Positions 22,306 to 32,545 of a stretch of DNA of 64,000 bases are shown here, piece by piece. This stretch comes from an uncultured Nitrospiraceae bacterium. Its GTDB lineage: Bacteria; Nitrospirota; Thermodesulfovibrionia; Thermodesulfovibrionales; Dissulfurispiraceae. The stretch covers positions 1,952,001 to 2,016,000 of the forward strand of contig CAVSHF010000003.1 of the NCBI GenBank assembly GCA_963727805.1. The letters run 5' to 3'. The stretch's first letter is position 1. Each line of letters starts with the position of its first letter. The position numbers were made by a program, and so were the translations under genes. The notes under the pieces were generated by a model, which worked only from the letters and a program-made list of their open reading frames with translations, made no database searches and was not told where the DNA came from.

Positions 22306-23399
22306 ACAGTGTAATAATAGTGGAGACCCCCCTTCAGCTGCTTAATGCCATAGAGGCGAGCTTCTCACTCAATCTGAGCAATATAACCCTGGTGATAGTT
22401 ACTTCCCCGCCATTTCCCAAGGAAGTCTTCAGTCCTATCTTAGCTTTTGCGAAATGGAAGCAGATTGAATTCCTCTATGTAGTTCATAACTATTCCCCTT
22501 TGAAGCTGAGTTTCCTGGGGAGGGCTGTTTCTGAGCAGTTGAATGAATATGTAAAGGAATGCAGACAGGCTGCAAAAAGGCGAAGGTTCGACCGCCTGGC
22601 AAAAAGACTTGTCAATGTGGACACCCTGGTGCTTGGCAGTTATCTTTCAGGATATATGCGCCACCTTGCCAATAAGTTGCGTCCGCGCAAACTTTATCTA
22701 GTTGACGACGGGACAGATACCCTGAGGGTCAGCAACCTGCGGAGAGAACAAGCCGTTCCTGAAGGAATTCAGCAGTTACCCTATTGGAGAAAATTAAAAA
22801 ACCTCATCCGCACTTCATTTGTTGATTGGGATACGCGGCAGGCGGATTCTGCAACCTTCTTCACTTCTTACAAGTTAACACTAATTCCGGAAGATACGCT
22901 TATAAGGAATGATCACTCCTTTTTGAAGAGCATGCTGAACCATTCAGGTGTCCTAAGCGAGGTTTATTTCCTTGGCCAGCCTCTAGTTGAAGATGGTTAC
23001 CTGCAGAGGGAAGATTATCTCGCCTATATTTCGAGGATAAGCCAGTACTACCGAAGTCGCACGCTAATCTATGTAACCCACAAGAGGGAGAGCCAACAAA
23101 TGATCGACGCAGTTAGAAACATGGGGTTGCAAGTAAGGACGTTCAACCTCCCCATTGAACTGCAGATATTGCAGGGAGGCATTCCTTCGGAGTTGGCGTC
23201 ATTCTTTTGCAGTGCCCTCGACAACTGTTTTTTAATTTTTGGCGACAACCTCAGCATCAAGGCATTTAGAATCCAGCCAAAGCATTTGAATCCGGGGTGT
23301 GAGTTTGTTCAAGATATTTATGATCATTTCAGCAGAAACGTAGGACCAAACTTTAATATCGTCCCTTTGCAAGGAAATACGGCGGGGCCATGGGACTAA
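22302..23399 (+). CDS. putative sialyl/nonulosonate transferase-like glycosyltransferase
   Basis: ETPLQLLNAIEA, LVDDGT, FLGQPLVE, HKRES, FFCSAL; lies between the nonulosonate pathway and wzx. Confidence 0.55.
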   Translation: MNSVIIVETPLQLLNAIEASFSLNLSNITLVIVTSPPFPKEVFSPILAFAKWKQIEFLYVVHNYSPLKLSFLGRAVSEQLNEYVKECRQAAKRRRFDRLAKRLVNVDTLVLGSYLSGYMRHLANKLRPRKLYLVDDGTDTLRVSNLRREQAVPEGIQQLPYWRKLKNLIRTSFVDWDTRQADSATFFTSYKLTLIPEDTLIRNDHSFLKSMLNHSGVLSEVYFLGQPLVEDGYLQREDYLAYISRISQYYRSRTLIYVTHKRESQQMIDAVRNMGLQVRTFNLPIELQILQGGIPSELASFFCSALDNCFLIFGDNLSIKAFRIQPKHLNPGCEFVQDIYDHFSRNVGPNFNIVPLQGNTAGPWD

Positions 23400-24961
23400 A
23401 CAGGGAAATATTTAAACATACCAGCATTTATAGCTTTGCCACTATTTTAGGGCGGCTCATTAGCTTTATCATGCTTCCGTTCTATGCCCATATCTTCCAG
23501 ACTGAAGGGTATGGGGTAATCGGCATGATCGATGCCAGTCTGGGGATTTTGGGGGTTTTATTTGCCAGCGGGTTCCATGTTGCCATCCTGAAAATCTTCC
23601 ATGAAGAAGACGAACAAAACAAAAAGCTAGTAATCAGCACTGCAATCCGCCTCATATGGGGTCTCAGTCTAGCCGCCGTCGTAGTCCCAATGATTTTTAG
23701 TACCCAATTGAGTAGAATCTTTCTTGGGAGCGAAAAATACAGCCTGTTGCTGCTGCTTTCCCTTATTACGTTCGTGATTGATGTAAGTGGACAAAGCGCA
23801 AGTACTTTTTTGATCATCAAGCAGAAGTCGATCTTTTATACCGTTGTGGGTCTGATCCGGCTCTTAATCGGTATCGCAATGAATATCTGGCTCGTGCTGA
23901 TATTGAACGTTGGTCTCATCGGAGTATTCATTACATCCCTGCTAATGGCTGTCGTTGCTTCGTCGCTATTCCACTATGCAGCGTTCAGGGAACACGGATT
24001 TACTTACGACAAAGCCATTGCCAAAAAACTTTTGCAATTCCAATTGCCTCTTATGCCCGGTGAGATCGTTTCCTTTGCTTCTCGACAGACCGAACGTTTT
24101 ATCGTCAGATTTATTGTTGGCATCAGTGGTGTAGGTATTTTGGAGATGGCCTACAAATTCCCTCCCCTGATTATACTGTTCATTACTGCCCCATTCATGC
24201 GTGCGTGGCGTACGAAGTCCATGGAAATTGCGGAACAGGAAGATGCTCCGTTAGTCATTGGGAAGATGTTCACGAAATATTTCTTCGTAATTGTCCTCGT
24301 AGGGCTTCTCCTTGCACTCACAATTCAGGATATTTTGAAAATAATGACTCCTCCTCAGTTCTGGGAAGCCGTAGGGATAGCACACGTCGAAATCATTACT
24401 ACCATAATTTTTGCTGCAAATGCTTTTCTGATCTTTGGTCTTTATTACAAGAAAAAAACAACCTATATTTCCACAATAAAGACAACAGTCATGCTTGTTA
24501 AGATACTTATTTCGGTAATACTAATACACTTTTTTAGGCTGAAAGGTGCTGCATACTCGGCGCTTATGGCAGAAACGGTGATGTTACTGTTTATTACTTT
24601 CAAATCACAGCAATGCTATCCCATAAAGATGGAAATACTTAAGTTATCGTTAATAACAGGCTACGGGATAAGCATATACTGTTTGGTTCATTATATTAAC
24701 CAAACTGATTATTATGCAGCTCTGACATCAAGCAATAACTTTCACGATTTGATAAGAGTACTTTTAGACTGGCCACTGTTTCAGCGGCCCGTACTTCTGA
24801 AGCTTGAAGGTATACTGACAAGCAAGATTGGAAATATCATATCCCTGCTGTTCAACTTCCTGTCTGGCTTGGCGTTTCTGTTATTAATGCTCTATTTTCG
24901 TTTCACCAAAAATACCGACGGTTTGCAAAATACCAAGTTGGTCAACAATGAGGTTTCATGA
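23390..24961 (+). CDS. wzx: Wzx-type oligosaccharide flippase
   Basis: Many TM helices; N-terminal KHTSIYSFATILGRLISFIMLPFY..EGYG typical of polysaccharide exporters. Confidence 0.8.
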   Translation: MGLNREIFKHTSIYSFATILGRLISFIMLPFYAHIFQTEGYGVIGMIDASLGILGVLFASGFHVAILKIFHEEDEQNKKLVISTAIRLIWGLSLAAVVVPMIFSTQLSRIFLGSEKYSLLLLLSLITFVIDVSGQSASTFLIIKQKSIFYTVVGLIRLLIGIAMNIWLVLILNVGLIGVFITSLLMAVVASSLFHYAAFREHGFTYDKAIAKKLLQFQLPLMPGEIVSFASRQTERFIVRFIVGISGVGILEMAYKFPPLIILFITAPFMRAWRTKSMEIAEQEDAPLVIGKMFTKYFFVIVLVGLLLALTIQDILKIMTPPQFWEAVGIAHVEIITTIIFAANAFLIFGLYYKKKTTYISTIKTTVMLVKILISVILIHFFRLKGAAYSALMAETVMLLFITFKSQQCYPIKMEILKLSLITGYGISIYCLVHYINQTDYYAALTSSNNFHDLIRVLLDWPLFQRPVLLKLEGILTSKIGNIISLLFNFLSGLAFLLLMLYFRFTKNTDGLQNTKLVNNEVS

Positions 24962-25054
24962 TCCCGCGAGCCTATAAAAAGATGGGGTGGTGATGTCTTG
25001 AAAAAAATCAAGGAGAAACCTACAGTTCACCATGAACTGTTCTAGGGCAACTAC

Positions 25055-26914
25055 ATGTGCGGTTTAATAGGCCTTTTTTTCAAAAAACAGTTATCGACCC
25101 AAGAATCTGATAGAGTCAGAAGATCATGTGGAGAGATGCTTGATACTCTGGCATTCAGAGGTCCTGACGAAAAGAGTCTCGTGCAGATGGGATCCGTTTT
25201 CCTGGGACATACACGTCTCAGTATCATTGACCTGGTTTCGGGTAGCCAGCCGATATTTAACGAAGATAAGTCGGTAGCTGTGGTTTTGAATGGCGAGATA
25301 TACAATTTCAGGACCCTTCGCGATGATTTGATAAAAAAAGGGCATCAATTTTCAAGCAAGAGTGATACGGAAGTTATAGTTCATTTGTACGAGGACGAGG
25401 GTGAGAACGTCTTTGCCCGATTGACCGGAATGTTTTCTATTGTCATTTATGATCATGCGAGAAAATTGCTGCTGGCGGCACGGGACAGGATAGGCGAAAA
25501 GCCTTTGATCTATCAGGACGACGGTGATAAATTCCTTGCAGCATCAGAGCTTAAAGCCCTTCTGAAGTTTTCCGGAGGCCGGAATGAACTTGATTCCGAT
25601 GCATTGTCTCTCTACTTAAACTGTATGTACGTCCCGGCGCCATTGACAATATTCAGGAATTTCAAAAAACTGCTGCCAGGACACTACATAAAGGTGACCG
25701 GCGATACAACTGAAATAAGAAAATACTGGTCGCCGGAACTGGAGGTAAGACGGGACTGGAAGGAAAGTGAAATCATTGATGGATTCAGGACAATATTCTC
25801 AAAGGCTGTTGAAGACCGAATTGTATCGGATGTGCCGATTGGCGTGTTCCTTTCTGGGGGGATGGATTCAAGCGCTGTAACCGCTGTTATGGCCCAATGC
25901 TGCCCAGGCAGAATAAAAACATTTTCGCTTGGCTTTGCCGAGGAAATTGATGAAAGACCGTATGCAAAATTAGTGGCGGACCGCTACCGGACAGACCATA
26001 CGGAAATACTTATCGAGGACAAGGTTGAAGACGTTTTCGCAGAGATAATCGGCTATTTTGATGAGCCGTTTGGTGATTCCTCTGCTATCCCAACATATCT
26101 TGTCTCCCGTGAAGCAAGAAAACATGTCAAAGTCATCCTGACAGGCGACGGTGGAGATGAACTGTTCGCCGGATATGATTCTTATAACGATCAAAAGTAT
26201 CAACTAAGTGGAAGAATCAGTACAAGATTGCTGAGAGAAGTAAGCAACCTGTTCAATCTTAATAACAACGGCATATTTGATATGTTGTATCCTCGGTTAA
26301 GGAGTAATAGTGCTCGCGAGCACTGGCTAGGCGTTCGCAGCGTTTTTAGTGACAGGGAAATTGCTGGACTTTTCAATAATCACCCAGTTCGAACATCAGG
26401 ATATTTTGAGAAGAACCAATGGCTGAATGTCAAAAATTCTGACGCATTATCGATTGCGTTTGCCCATGATCTGAACTTTTACTTGCCAGACGATCTCTTA
26501 AAAAAGGTCGACATGGCCTCAATGCGTGCAAGTCTCGAATGTCGGGCACCATTTCTGGATCATGCTTTAATAGAATTTTGCATGAAGATCCCCCCTCAGA
26601 TGAAGCTTAAAAATAACAACATGAAGTATTTGTTGAAAAATGCCTTCAAGAATGACCTTCCCGAGGAGATATTAAATAGACCCAAGCACGGGTTCGGTGC
26701 TCCAGTGGAAAACTGGCTAAAAAAACCCCTTCGGCAGATGACATTTGATTATCTTGCTCCTGGGTGTAAAATTGAATCCTTAATCAACAGGATTGCGATT
26801 GATTCTATAATTGAATCGGTATATAAATTGAAAAAATGTGAAGATTACAGAGTGCCGTTTAAACTTTGGTTAATTCTGATTTTGGAAGCATGGATGCGGA
26901 ATTATTGCTATTAG
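25055..26914 (+). CDS. asnB: asparagine synthase (glutamine-hydrolysing)-family amidotransferase
   Basis: MCG start, RGPD, RLSIID, NGEIYNF, SDTEV, LSGGMDSS, TGDGGDELFAGY, KVDMASM, R.PFLD. Confidence 0.92.
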   Translation: MCGLIGLFFKKQLSTQESDRVRRSCGEMLDTLAFRGPDEKSLVQMGSVFLGHTRLSIIDLVSGSQPIFNEDKSVAVVLNGEIYNFRTLRDDLIKKGHQFSSKSDTEVIVHLYEDEGENVFARLTGMFSIVIYDHARKLLLAARDRIGEKPLIYQDDGDKFLAASELKALLKFSGGRNELDSDALSLYLNCMYVPAPLTIFRNFKKLLPGHYIKVTGDTTEIRKYWSPELEVRRDWKESEIIDGFRTIFSKAVEDRIVSDVPIGVFLSGGMDSSAVTAVMAQCCPGRIKTFSLGFAEEIDERPYAKLVADRYRTDHTEILIEDKVEDVFAEIIGYFDEPFGDSSAIPTYLVSREARKHVKVILTGDGGDELFAGYDSYNDQKYQLSGRISTRLLREVSNLFNLNNNGIFDMLYPRLRSNSAREHWLGVRSVFSDREIAGLFNNHPVRTSGYFEKNQWLNVKNSDALSIAFAHDLNFYLPDDLLKKVDMASMRASLECRAPFLDHALIEFCMKIPPQMKLKNNNMKYLLKNAFKNDLPEEILNRPKHGFGAPVENWLKKPLRQMTFDYLAPGCKIESLINRIAIDSIIESVYKLKKCEDYRVPFKLWLILILEAWMRNYCY

Positions 26915-26930
26915 GAATATTGATGAGTTT

Positions 26931-27833
26931 ATGAGTGATCAAGCCAAAAAAGTAAGTGTAGTTATTACATGTTATAACTATGGGAAATACTTGGAGCACT
27001 GTTTAAATAGCGTATTGGCTCAAACATATTTAAATCATGAAATTATAGTGGTCGATGATGGTTCCACTGACAATACACCCGAAGTGATGGAATCGTTCAA
27101 ACACTTACCAAACCTAATATACTTGCGACAAAGAAATTCAGGACAAGCTAATGCAAAAAATGTGGGTATAATTAATTCTTCTGGTGAATTTGTGGCTTTT
27201 TTGGATGCCGATGATATGTGGTGTGCAGACAAACTGGATAAACAGATGCAATGCTTCGAAAATACGGACGTAGGAGTTGTCTATTGCCGGGCAAAATATC
27301 TGGACGAAGACAACAATGTCTTTTCATATGATATGACGAGCCCTTATCTTCAGCCGCAGCGAGGCATTGTTACTGAATGGTTATTTTTCGATAATTTTGT
27401 CCAGTTTTCTTCAACTGTTGTTCGAAGGGAATGTTTTGAAAGATTTGGGCTGTTTGATGAGAGTCTGAAAATGGGCATTGACTGGGATTTGTGGTTGAGG
27501 ATTTCAACTTCCTACAAGTTTGATTATGTAGATGATCGGCTTTTTTATTACCGGATGGGTCATTCAGGGCAGATGTCAAGAAATGTTGAGGAAAGGCAGC
27601 GCTGTTCTGACCGTATCATGGAGAATTTCATTGACAAGTACCCAGGAGTTCTTTCACCCTCTACTATAAAGAAGGCGTATGCAATTACGTATTACTCTCG
27701 CGGAGAGTATTATCGCAACATCGACCTGCACAAATCTTATAAATATTTTGTTGATGCCATTAAGAGAAATCCAGTTGAAATTGGTGCCTACAAAGGGCTT
27801 ATAAAAAACATATTGCATCGCCTAATAAAGTAG
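26931..27833 (+). CDS. GT2 glycosyltransferase
   Basis: VVITCYNYG, VVDDGSTD, FLDADD, DWDLWLR. Confidence 0.9.
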   Translation: MSDQAKKVSVVITCYNYGKYLEHCLNSVLAQTYLNHEIIVVDDGSTDNTPEVMESFKHLPNLIYLRQRNSGQANAKNVGIINSSGEFVAFLDADDMWCADKLDKQMQCFENTDVGVVYCRAKYLDEDNNVFSYDMTSPYLQPQRGIVTEWLFFDNFVQFSSTVVRRECFERFGLFDESLKMGIDWDLWLRISTSYKFDYVDDRLFYYRMGHSGQMSRNVEERQRCSDRIMENFIDKYPGVLSPSTIKKAYAITYYSRGEYYRNIDLHKSYKYFVDAIKRNPVEIGAYKGLIKNILHRLIK

Positions 27834-27860
27834 CCATTAAATGGCTAGTATTTGTACCTT

Positions 27861-28436
27861 ATGGAATGGAACGATTACATATTCTATGTAAAATCTGATC
27901 TTTTCAGATACTGCGGCAAGAGAGATTTTACATCATTCATTAAGTCGTATTTTTTCATTCCAGGATTCAAGTATTCATTTTTCATGCGAAGTGCTAAATA
28001 CCTTAAAACACGGGGCTTATTGTTTTTCCCAGTTTATATTTTGACTCGACTTATTCTGAATCATTACCAGTTCAAATACGGGATAAGCATTCCATACAAT
28101 ACCGAAATAGGGCCGGGTCTTTACATAGGGCATTTTGGTGGAATTATCGTGAATTCAGAAGTAATAATCGGTCAAAACTGTAACATCAATCAAGAAGTAA
28201 CCATTGGGGCTACTTATGGCGGAAAGTACCCAGGAACGGCGATAATCATGAACAACGTATATTTCGGACCGGGCTGCAAGATCATAGGTGGGATCACGAT
28301 AGGAAACCATACCGCTGTCGGAGCCAACTGTGTTGTTACCAAGCCGATTCCCGATTATAGCGTCGTCGTTGGAATCCCCGGCGAAGTAGTATCAAGCAAT
28401 GGTTCCGGCGAATATGTTGTTAACACTGTGAATTGA
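27861..28436 (+). CDS. serine-acetyltransferase-like polysaccharide O-acetyltransferase
   Basis: IGPGLYIGHFGGI, hexapeptide repeats, VGANCVVTKPIP, VVGIPG. Confidence 0.82.
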   Translation: MEWNDYIFYVKSDLFRYCGKRDFTSFIKSYFFIPGFKYSFFMRSAKYLKTRGLLFFPVYILTRLILNHYQFKYGISIPYNTEIGPGLYIGHFGGIIVNSEVIIGQNCNINQEVTIGATYGGKYPGTAIIMNNVYFGPGCKIIGGITIGNHTAVGANCVVTKPIPDYSVVVGIPGEVVSSNGSGEYVVNTVN

Positions 28437-28479
28437 ACAGAGATATGATAATTACCCTCATTCATTGATTCGAGTATTT

Positions 28480-29628
28480 ATGTCTATGAAAAAAATACGC
28501 ATTGCATATCTCATTGATACTATCAGTTCCGATAAAGCCGGTACTGAGAAGCAACTTCTCAATATAATCAAGCGCTTGGACCGGGATATATTCGAGGTTT
28601 CGCTTATTTGCCTTAGCCAATCCCCATGGATGTTGCAGAACCGTTTGCCGTGCGAAGTGGTCACGCTAGGGTATTGCGGGTTCTTGAAGCCAGGTTTTCT
28701 AACTGTGCTTTGGCGTTATCTGCAAGTACTCAAAAATGGTCGTTTCGATGTGGTGCAAACTTTTTTCGAGGAGGCAATATTTGTTGCTTTCATGGGGAAA
28801 ATAATGAGTAGCACCAAGCAGCCGTTAATCGTAAGTTGCAGGGACCTGGGGTTGGGTGTCGACGAACCAGGCTACCATCGGCTTTATAAAAAAATCAAGC
28901 CATTAATTCTGAAATCAGTCGACGGCGTCTTAACAAATGCAATCGCCATCAAGTCTGCTATGACCGAACAGGATAATGTCCCGCCGGGGAAAATTCATGT
29001 AATCGGCAATGGACTAGATTTGCCGTCGCCCCCCAAGGAAACCCCACCCCTGTTCAAAGAAAATATTGCAGATATATGGATAGGGATAGCCGCCAACCTG
29101 AAACCGGTGAAGAGGATTGATGTTTTTTTACGGGCACTGGCGCAGCTCAAGGCAAGTGGAACTGGTGAGAGAGTTAGAGCCGTTATCCTTGGTGAAGGCC
29201 GTTTGAGATCGGAGCTAGCTCAGCTTGCCTTGGATCTTGGTGTAGCCAATATGGTGCATTTCATGGGGGCAATCGATAATGTGAACGACTACCTGCAATG
29301 TATTGATATAGGGGTTCTATGCTCGGATAAAGAGGGCCTGCCCAACGCCATCCTGGAATATATGGCCTGCGGCCTACCTGTGGCAGCGACTGCTGTAGGT
29401 GGGGTAGGTGAGCTTATTGATGATGATAATGGCATTAGCGTTCCAGCCGGTGATTACGTGGCCCTGGGGAATGCTCTGGCAATCCTTGTTTCTTCGGCCT
29501 CCCTCCGAAAAGAGTTGGGAGAAAAGTCCCGTGAGAAAGTCCGAAATTACTCAACCTGGGACATAATTATGCCTCAATGGGAAAGATATTATTGTTCAAT
29601 AACCGGTATAGGAGCCTCTCCATGTTAG
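28480..29628 (+). CDS. GT4 glycosyltransferase
   Basis: AGTEKQL, ANLKPVK, EGLPNAILEYMACGLPV. Confidence 0.88.
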   Translation: MSMKKIRIAYLIDTISSDKAGTEKQLLNIIKRLDRDIFEVSLICLSQSPWMLQNRLPCEVVTLGYCGFLKPGFLTVLWRYLQVLKNGRFDVVQTFFEEAIFVAFMGKIMSSTKQPLIVSCRDLGLGVDEPGYHRLYKKIKPLILKSVDGVLTNAIAIKSAMTEQDNVPPGKIHVIGNGLDLPSPPKETPPLFKENIADIWIGIAANLKPVKRIDVFLRALAQLKASGTGERVRAVILGEGRLRSELAQLALDLGVANMVHFMGAIDNVNDYLQCIDIGVLCSDKEGLPNAILEYMACGLPVAATAVGGVGELIDDDNGISVPAGDYVALGNALAILVSSASLRKELGEKSREKVRNYSTWDIIMPQWERYYCSITGIGASPC

Positions 29629-30983
29629 ATGGCTATTGGTTTTCCCCATTTCGCCGACTGGTATTTGAACCACTTATTTCTTTAAAGAACGGCAGCCCAC
29701 TGCGGAGATACTGGAAAGATCTGGAAAAGACGCAATATTTGCCAAAAGCCGTTCTAATGGAAAGGCAATGGCAGAGGCTGGAAAATCTAATCCGGTTTGC
29801 ATGGGAGAACAATGCATTTTATCGTGCGCGATTTGAGATAGCAGGGATTACACCCGATATGGTGCAATCACCTGAAGATATGCAAAAGATCCCAGTACTG
29901 ACTAAACAGGAAATTCGGCAAAATACTCCACAAATGATTAGTCGTGGTTATGTATTGCCGGATTTACTTCAATTCAAGACCGGCGGCTCAACCGGTAAAG
30001 CCCTTGATATATATATCACTGAAGATTGCAGCGAATTGCGCAACGCCTGCGCCAGACGTCATGACAGATGGACAGGATGGGAAGTCGGTGAGCCCATAGC
30101 GGCGGTGTGGGGTAACCCTTATCTGCCTTCAAGCATCAAGGAAAAATTGAAGAACTGGCTTCTCACACCGTTCATCTATCTGGATACGATGAGTGTCACT
30201 GAAAAGTCTGTCAGGAATTTTGCGGTTGAATGGGAAAGAGTCCACCCTACGCTGCTTTTCGGGCATGCCCACTCACTCTACCTGCTGGCGCAATATGTCC
30301 GTGATTTAAACATAACCAACATCAAGCCTCGGGGAATTTTGTCCACATCGATGATGCTTATGCCCCAGGAGAGAAAAGTTATTGAGGAGGTTTTCTGCAC
30401 GAAAGTAAACGATCGATACGGGTGTGAAGAGGTAAGTCTTATTGCCTCAGAGTGTGAAAAGCATGAAGGTATGCATCTGAACATAGAGCATCTCTATGTT
30501 GAGTTTTTAAAGGAAGAAGGCGGCTACGCCGCTCCGGGCGAACCAGGGAAAATTGTTGTAACCGATTTAATGAACAAAGCCATGCCGTTTATCCGGTACC
30601 AAGTTGAAGACGTTGGTGTGCCTTCTGAAAGGACGTGCTCATGCGGCAGAGGACTTCCCCTAATGGAAACAGTTACCGGCAGGGTGGCTGACTTCCTGAT
30701 AAAATCAGACGGTTCTAAAGTAGCTGGAGTGTCATTAATAGAGAACACTCTTACAAAGATCCCCGGTATTGATCAGATGCAAATTGTCCAGGACAGGATC
30801 GACTTGATCACGCTGCTCGTTGTTCCGGGTGGAGATTTCACAGACTTTTCTCAGATCCAGTTGCAAAATTATTTCGAAAGCTTATTCGGCAAGACGGTCA
30901 CAGTCGAAATTGACTTAGTGAGTTTTATCGCACCTGAACCATCCGGGAAGTATCGTTTTTCGATATGCAGAATCTCCAATTGA
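29622..30983 (+). CDS. phenylacetate-CoA-ligase-family (CapK-like) adenylating enzyme
   Basis: TGGSTG, DRYGCEEV, VVTDLMNKAMPFIRYQVED, CSCGRGLP, GRVAD, SGKYRF. Confidence 0.88.
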   Translation: MLDGYWFSPFRRLVFEPLISLKNGSPLRRYWKDLEKTQYLPKAVLMERQWQRLENLIRFAWENNAFYRARFEIAGITPDMVQSPEDMQKIPVLTKQEIRQNTPQMISRGYVLPDLLQFKTGGSTGKALDIYITEDCSELRNACARRHDRWTGWEVGEPIAAVWGNPYLPSSIKEKLKNWLLTPFIYLDTMSVTEKSVRNFAVEWERVHPTLLFGHAHSLYLLAQYVRDLNITNIKPRGILSTSMMLMPQERKVIEEVFCTKVNDRYGCEEVSLIASECEKHEGMHLNIEHLYVEFLKEEGGYAAPGEPGKIVVTDLMNKAMPFIRYQVEDVGVPSERTCSCGRGLPLMETVTGRVADFLIKSDGSKVAGVSLIENTLTKIPGIDQMQIVQDRIDLITLLVVPGGDFTDFSQIQLQNYFESLFGKTVTVEIDLVSFIAPEPSGKYRFSICRISN

Positions 30984-31004
30984 AATGACCAGACTATTGA
31001 TACC

Positions 31005-32318
31005 ATGAATGACGTGAAGCTAAGTGAAAAGTATTCGGTAGACTATCCCAAAATTAGCATTATATGGCTGCTACTGTTCTGTGGTTATGTTATAGAGTGG
31101 TATTTGCAGCTTGGAGATAGAATACCAGTATTAGGAGAAATAAGGTTTGAGTTTATTTATGCTCTCTTTTTAATCGTTATCGCTTTCCTTTTCACCCCTA
31201 AAATAGATAGTGATTGTCCATTAAATTTTTATATTATATTATATTTTATTGTACTAGTGGTGCAGATTCCATTTTCTTATGATTTTAACACTTCATGGGA
31301 TGTATTTATTGACAGAATTATCAAATTTGCCTTCTTGGCTTTTTTTATCGCCGCATTTGTAAGAAGTCCGACACATTTGAAATATTTTCTAGCAGCTTTT
31401 TTACTGGCATGCCTAAAAATGGGCCAAGAAGGATTGGAAGGCCGAATTTCAGGTGCCCTCATATGGGAAAATCAAGGAGTAATGAGATTGCATGGAGCGA
31501 CACCAAATTACGCTCATCCAAATTCTTTCTCTGGCATGGCACTGGGTACTTTGCCATTTATCTATTATCTTTGGCCTCTGAGTAACAAATATATTCGGTT
31601 CACGCTTTTACTGATTGCACTGCTATCGCTCAATATTATACTGTATACTGGATCGAGGACTGGATACGTAGGTTTACTTGGCTTGCTTGTGTATATGTAT
31701 ATAAATACAAAAGCTAAAAGGAAACTCGTCATATATTCAATTCTTGTGGCACTCATAGCTTTGCCGTTCATCCCAGCTGATTATGCCGGAAGATTTGACA
31801 GTATATTTACTGGAAAGGAGAAAGAGGGCCACTCAGAAGAGACAAGAATCCAGATAATAGAAGACGCTTGGCAAATATTCATACAGAATCCTCTCGGCCT
31901 GGGGGTGTCTGCTTTTCCAAAAAAAAGAATGGATACCTTCGGCAGAAATCAGGATACTCATAATTTATATCTGCAGATCGCAACGAATCTGGGGGTCCAG
32001 GGTCTCATCATTGTTGGGTTACTTATTTTCAAGATTCTAAAAACCTTGAAAGGAATAAGATCTGCAGCATCAAATTTGATTAGGGAACTGGACAGCTCGA
32101 AGAGACAGCTATCTAAAGTACTTCTTGACGATTTAAGACTTATAGAGGCAGTCGCCTTTGCGACGAGTGCATTCATTATCATTCGTCTAGTATTGGGGTT
32201 ATTCGGAATGGATCTTTATGAGATTTATTGGTGGTTTGCTATTGGTATTACCTTTTCATTGTATTCTATGATTAATAGAATAGAGAAGCATTTTAATAAC
32301 ATAAGACAATATTTATGA
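31005..32318 (+). CDS. O-antigen ligase / Wzy-type polymerase
   Basis: Multiple TM helices, HPNSF, TGSRTG, periplasmic R...W, THNLYLQI..NLG..G. Confidence 0.8.
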   Translation: MNDVKLSEKYSVDYPKISIIWLLLFCGYVIEWYLQLGDRIPVLGEIRFEFIYALFLIVIAFLFTPKIDSDCPLNFYIILYFIVLVVQIPFSYDFNTSWDVFIDRIIKFAFLAFFIAAFVRSPTHLKYFLAAFLLACLKMGQEGLEGRISGALIWENQGVMRLHGATPNYAHPNSFSGMALGTLPFIYYLWPLSNKYIRFTLLLIALLSLNIILYTGSRTGYVGLLGLLVYMYINTKAKRKLVIYSILVALIALPFIPADYAGRFDSIFTGKEKEGHSEETRIQIIEDAWQIFIQNPLGLGVSAFPKKRMDTFGRNQDTHNLYLQIATNLGVQGLIIVGLLIFKILKTLKGIRSAASNLIRELDSSKRQLSKVLLDDLRLIEAVAFATSAFIIIRLVLGLFGMDLYEIYWWFAIGITFSLYSMINRIEKHFNNIRQYL

Positions 32319-32373
32319 GTTCATCTTAAGATATTTTCTCTCATTATTATCCACATGCATAGGTGAAATTTAT

Positions 32374-32528
32374 ATGTGCGGCATAGTAGGTAACTATGAA
32401 AGAAGCTTTTTAAAGTCATTTATTATAGTGATCCCGTTTGAGTTTATGCTGCTTATGCAACGCAACGTTTTTATAAAGCTGATGCAGGATAGGTGCGGTT
32501 TCGTGCAAGATTCAGGACATACCTATTA
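32374..32528 (+). pseudogene. very short AsnB-like start remnant
   Basis: AGGTGA RBS then ATG TGC GGC ATA GTA GGT (MCGIVG); similarity is lost right afterwards. Confidence 0.35.
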
Positions 32529-32545
32529 GAAAGGATTATTAATAC

